Shown in pieces: positions 63,702 to 64,000 of a stretch of DNA of 64,000 nucleotides. Position 1 is the first letter of the stretch; every line of letters starts with the position of its first letter. The translations under genes were made by a program, and so were the position numbers. This stretch comes from Pristiophorus japonicus (taxonomy: Eukaryota), in NCBI RefSeq assembly GCF_044704955.1, contig NC_091978.1, positions 375,100,001 through 375,164,000 of the forward strand. The letters are read 5' to 3'. The notes under the pieces were generated by a model. That model worked only from the letters and a program-made list of their open reading frames with translations. It was not told where the DNA came from and made no database searches.

Positions 63702-64000
63702 GTACGTTATCAGCCCACGTTCAGGTCCAATTTACTGGAAGATATTAATGTTGATGCTTAATTATCATTATCAGAATATAGAGACTTGATGAATCTGAGT
63801 AATTACATAATTACTGTTTTTTAGCGATTTACTCTCTCCTGAAGGTACTCCTGCAGACTTTCCTTGAGCTCTTTCCAATATCTCATTAATTTGACTATTC
63901 CATTGTAGGGACATCAGAGTCCCAGCCTTAATCTCCAATCTCTCAGTCCTGTTTGTGCATCACAAGAGCTTTGGAAGGTTAGAACTACTGCATCACCAGT

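Overview
Repeat-rich vertebrate genomic DNA, most likely from a cartilaginous fish. That is an inference from the CR1/RTE/L2 LINE, Deu-domain SINE and Gypsy content. Three spliced genes were reconstructed by hand with GT-AG junctions and matching phases: (1) a complete 5-exon minus-strand gene for a ~239-aa AhpD/carboxymuconolactone-decarboxylase-like peroxidase with a CPYC..H motif and a mitochondrial-type presequence; (2) SMIM19 (3 exons, 103 aa), head-to-head with it across a 436-bp ETS/CCAAT-rich CpG promoter; (3) SRP72 exons 1-8, running off the window end. The rest is mostly nested transposon debris: a young Gypsy provirus, two solo LTRs, a TIR element, an RTE-derived bipartite non-autonomous family and many TE-derived minisatellites. 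The most unusual structures are SRP72 exon 1 in an 880-bp loop between inverted RTE arms that are identical over 104 bp, a 2.6-kb G-quadruplex-motif array in the right arm, and a decayed antisense gene or retrocopy inside SRP72 intron 4.
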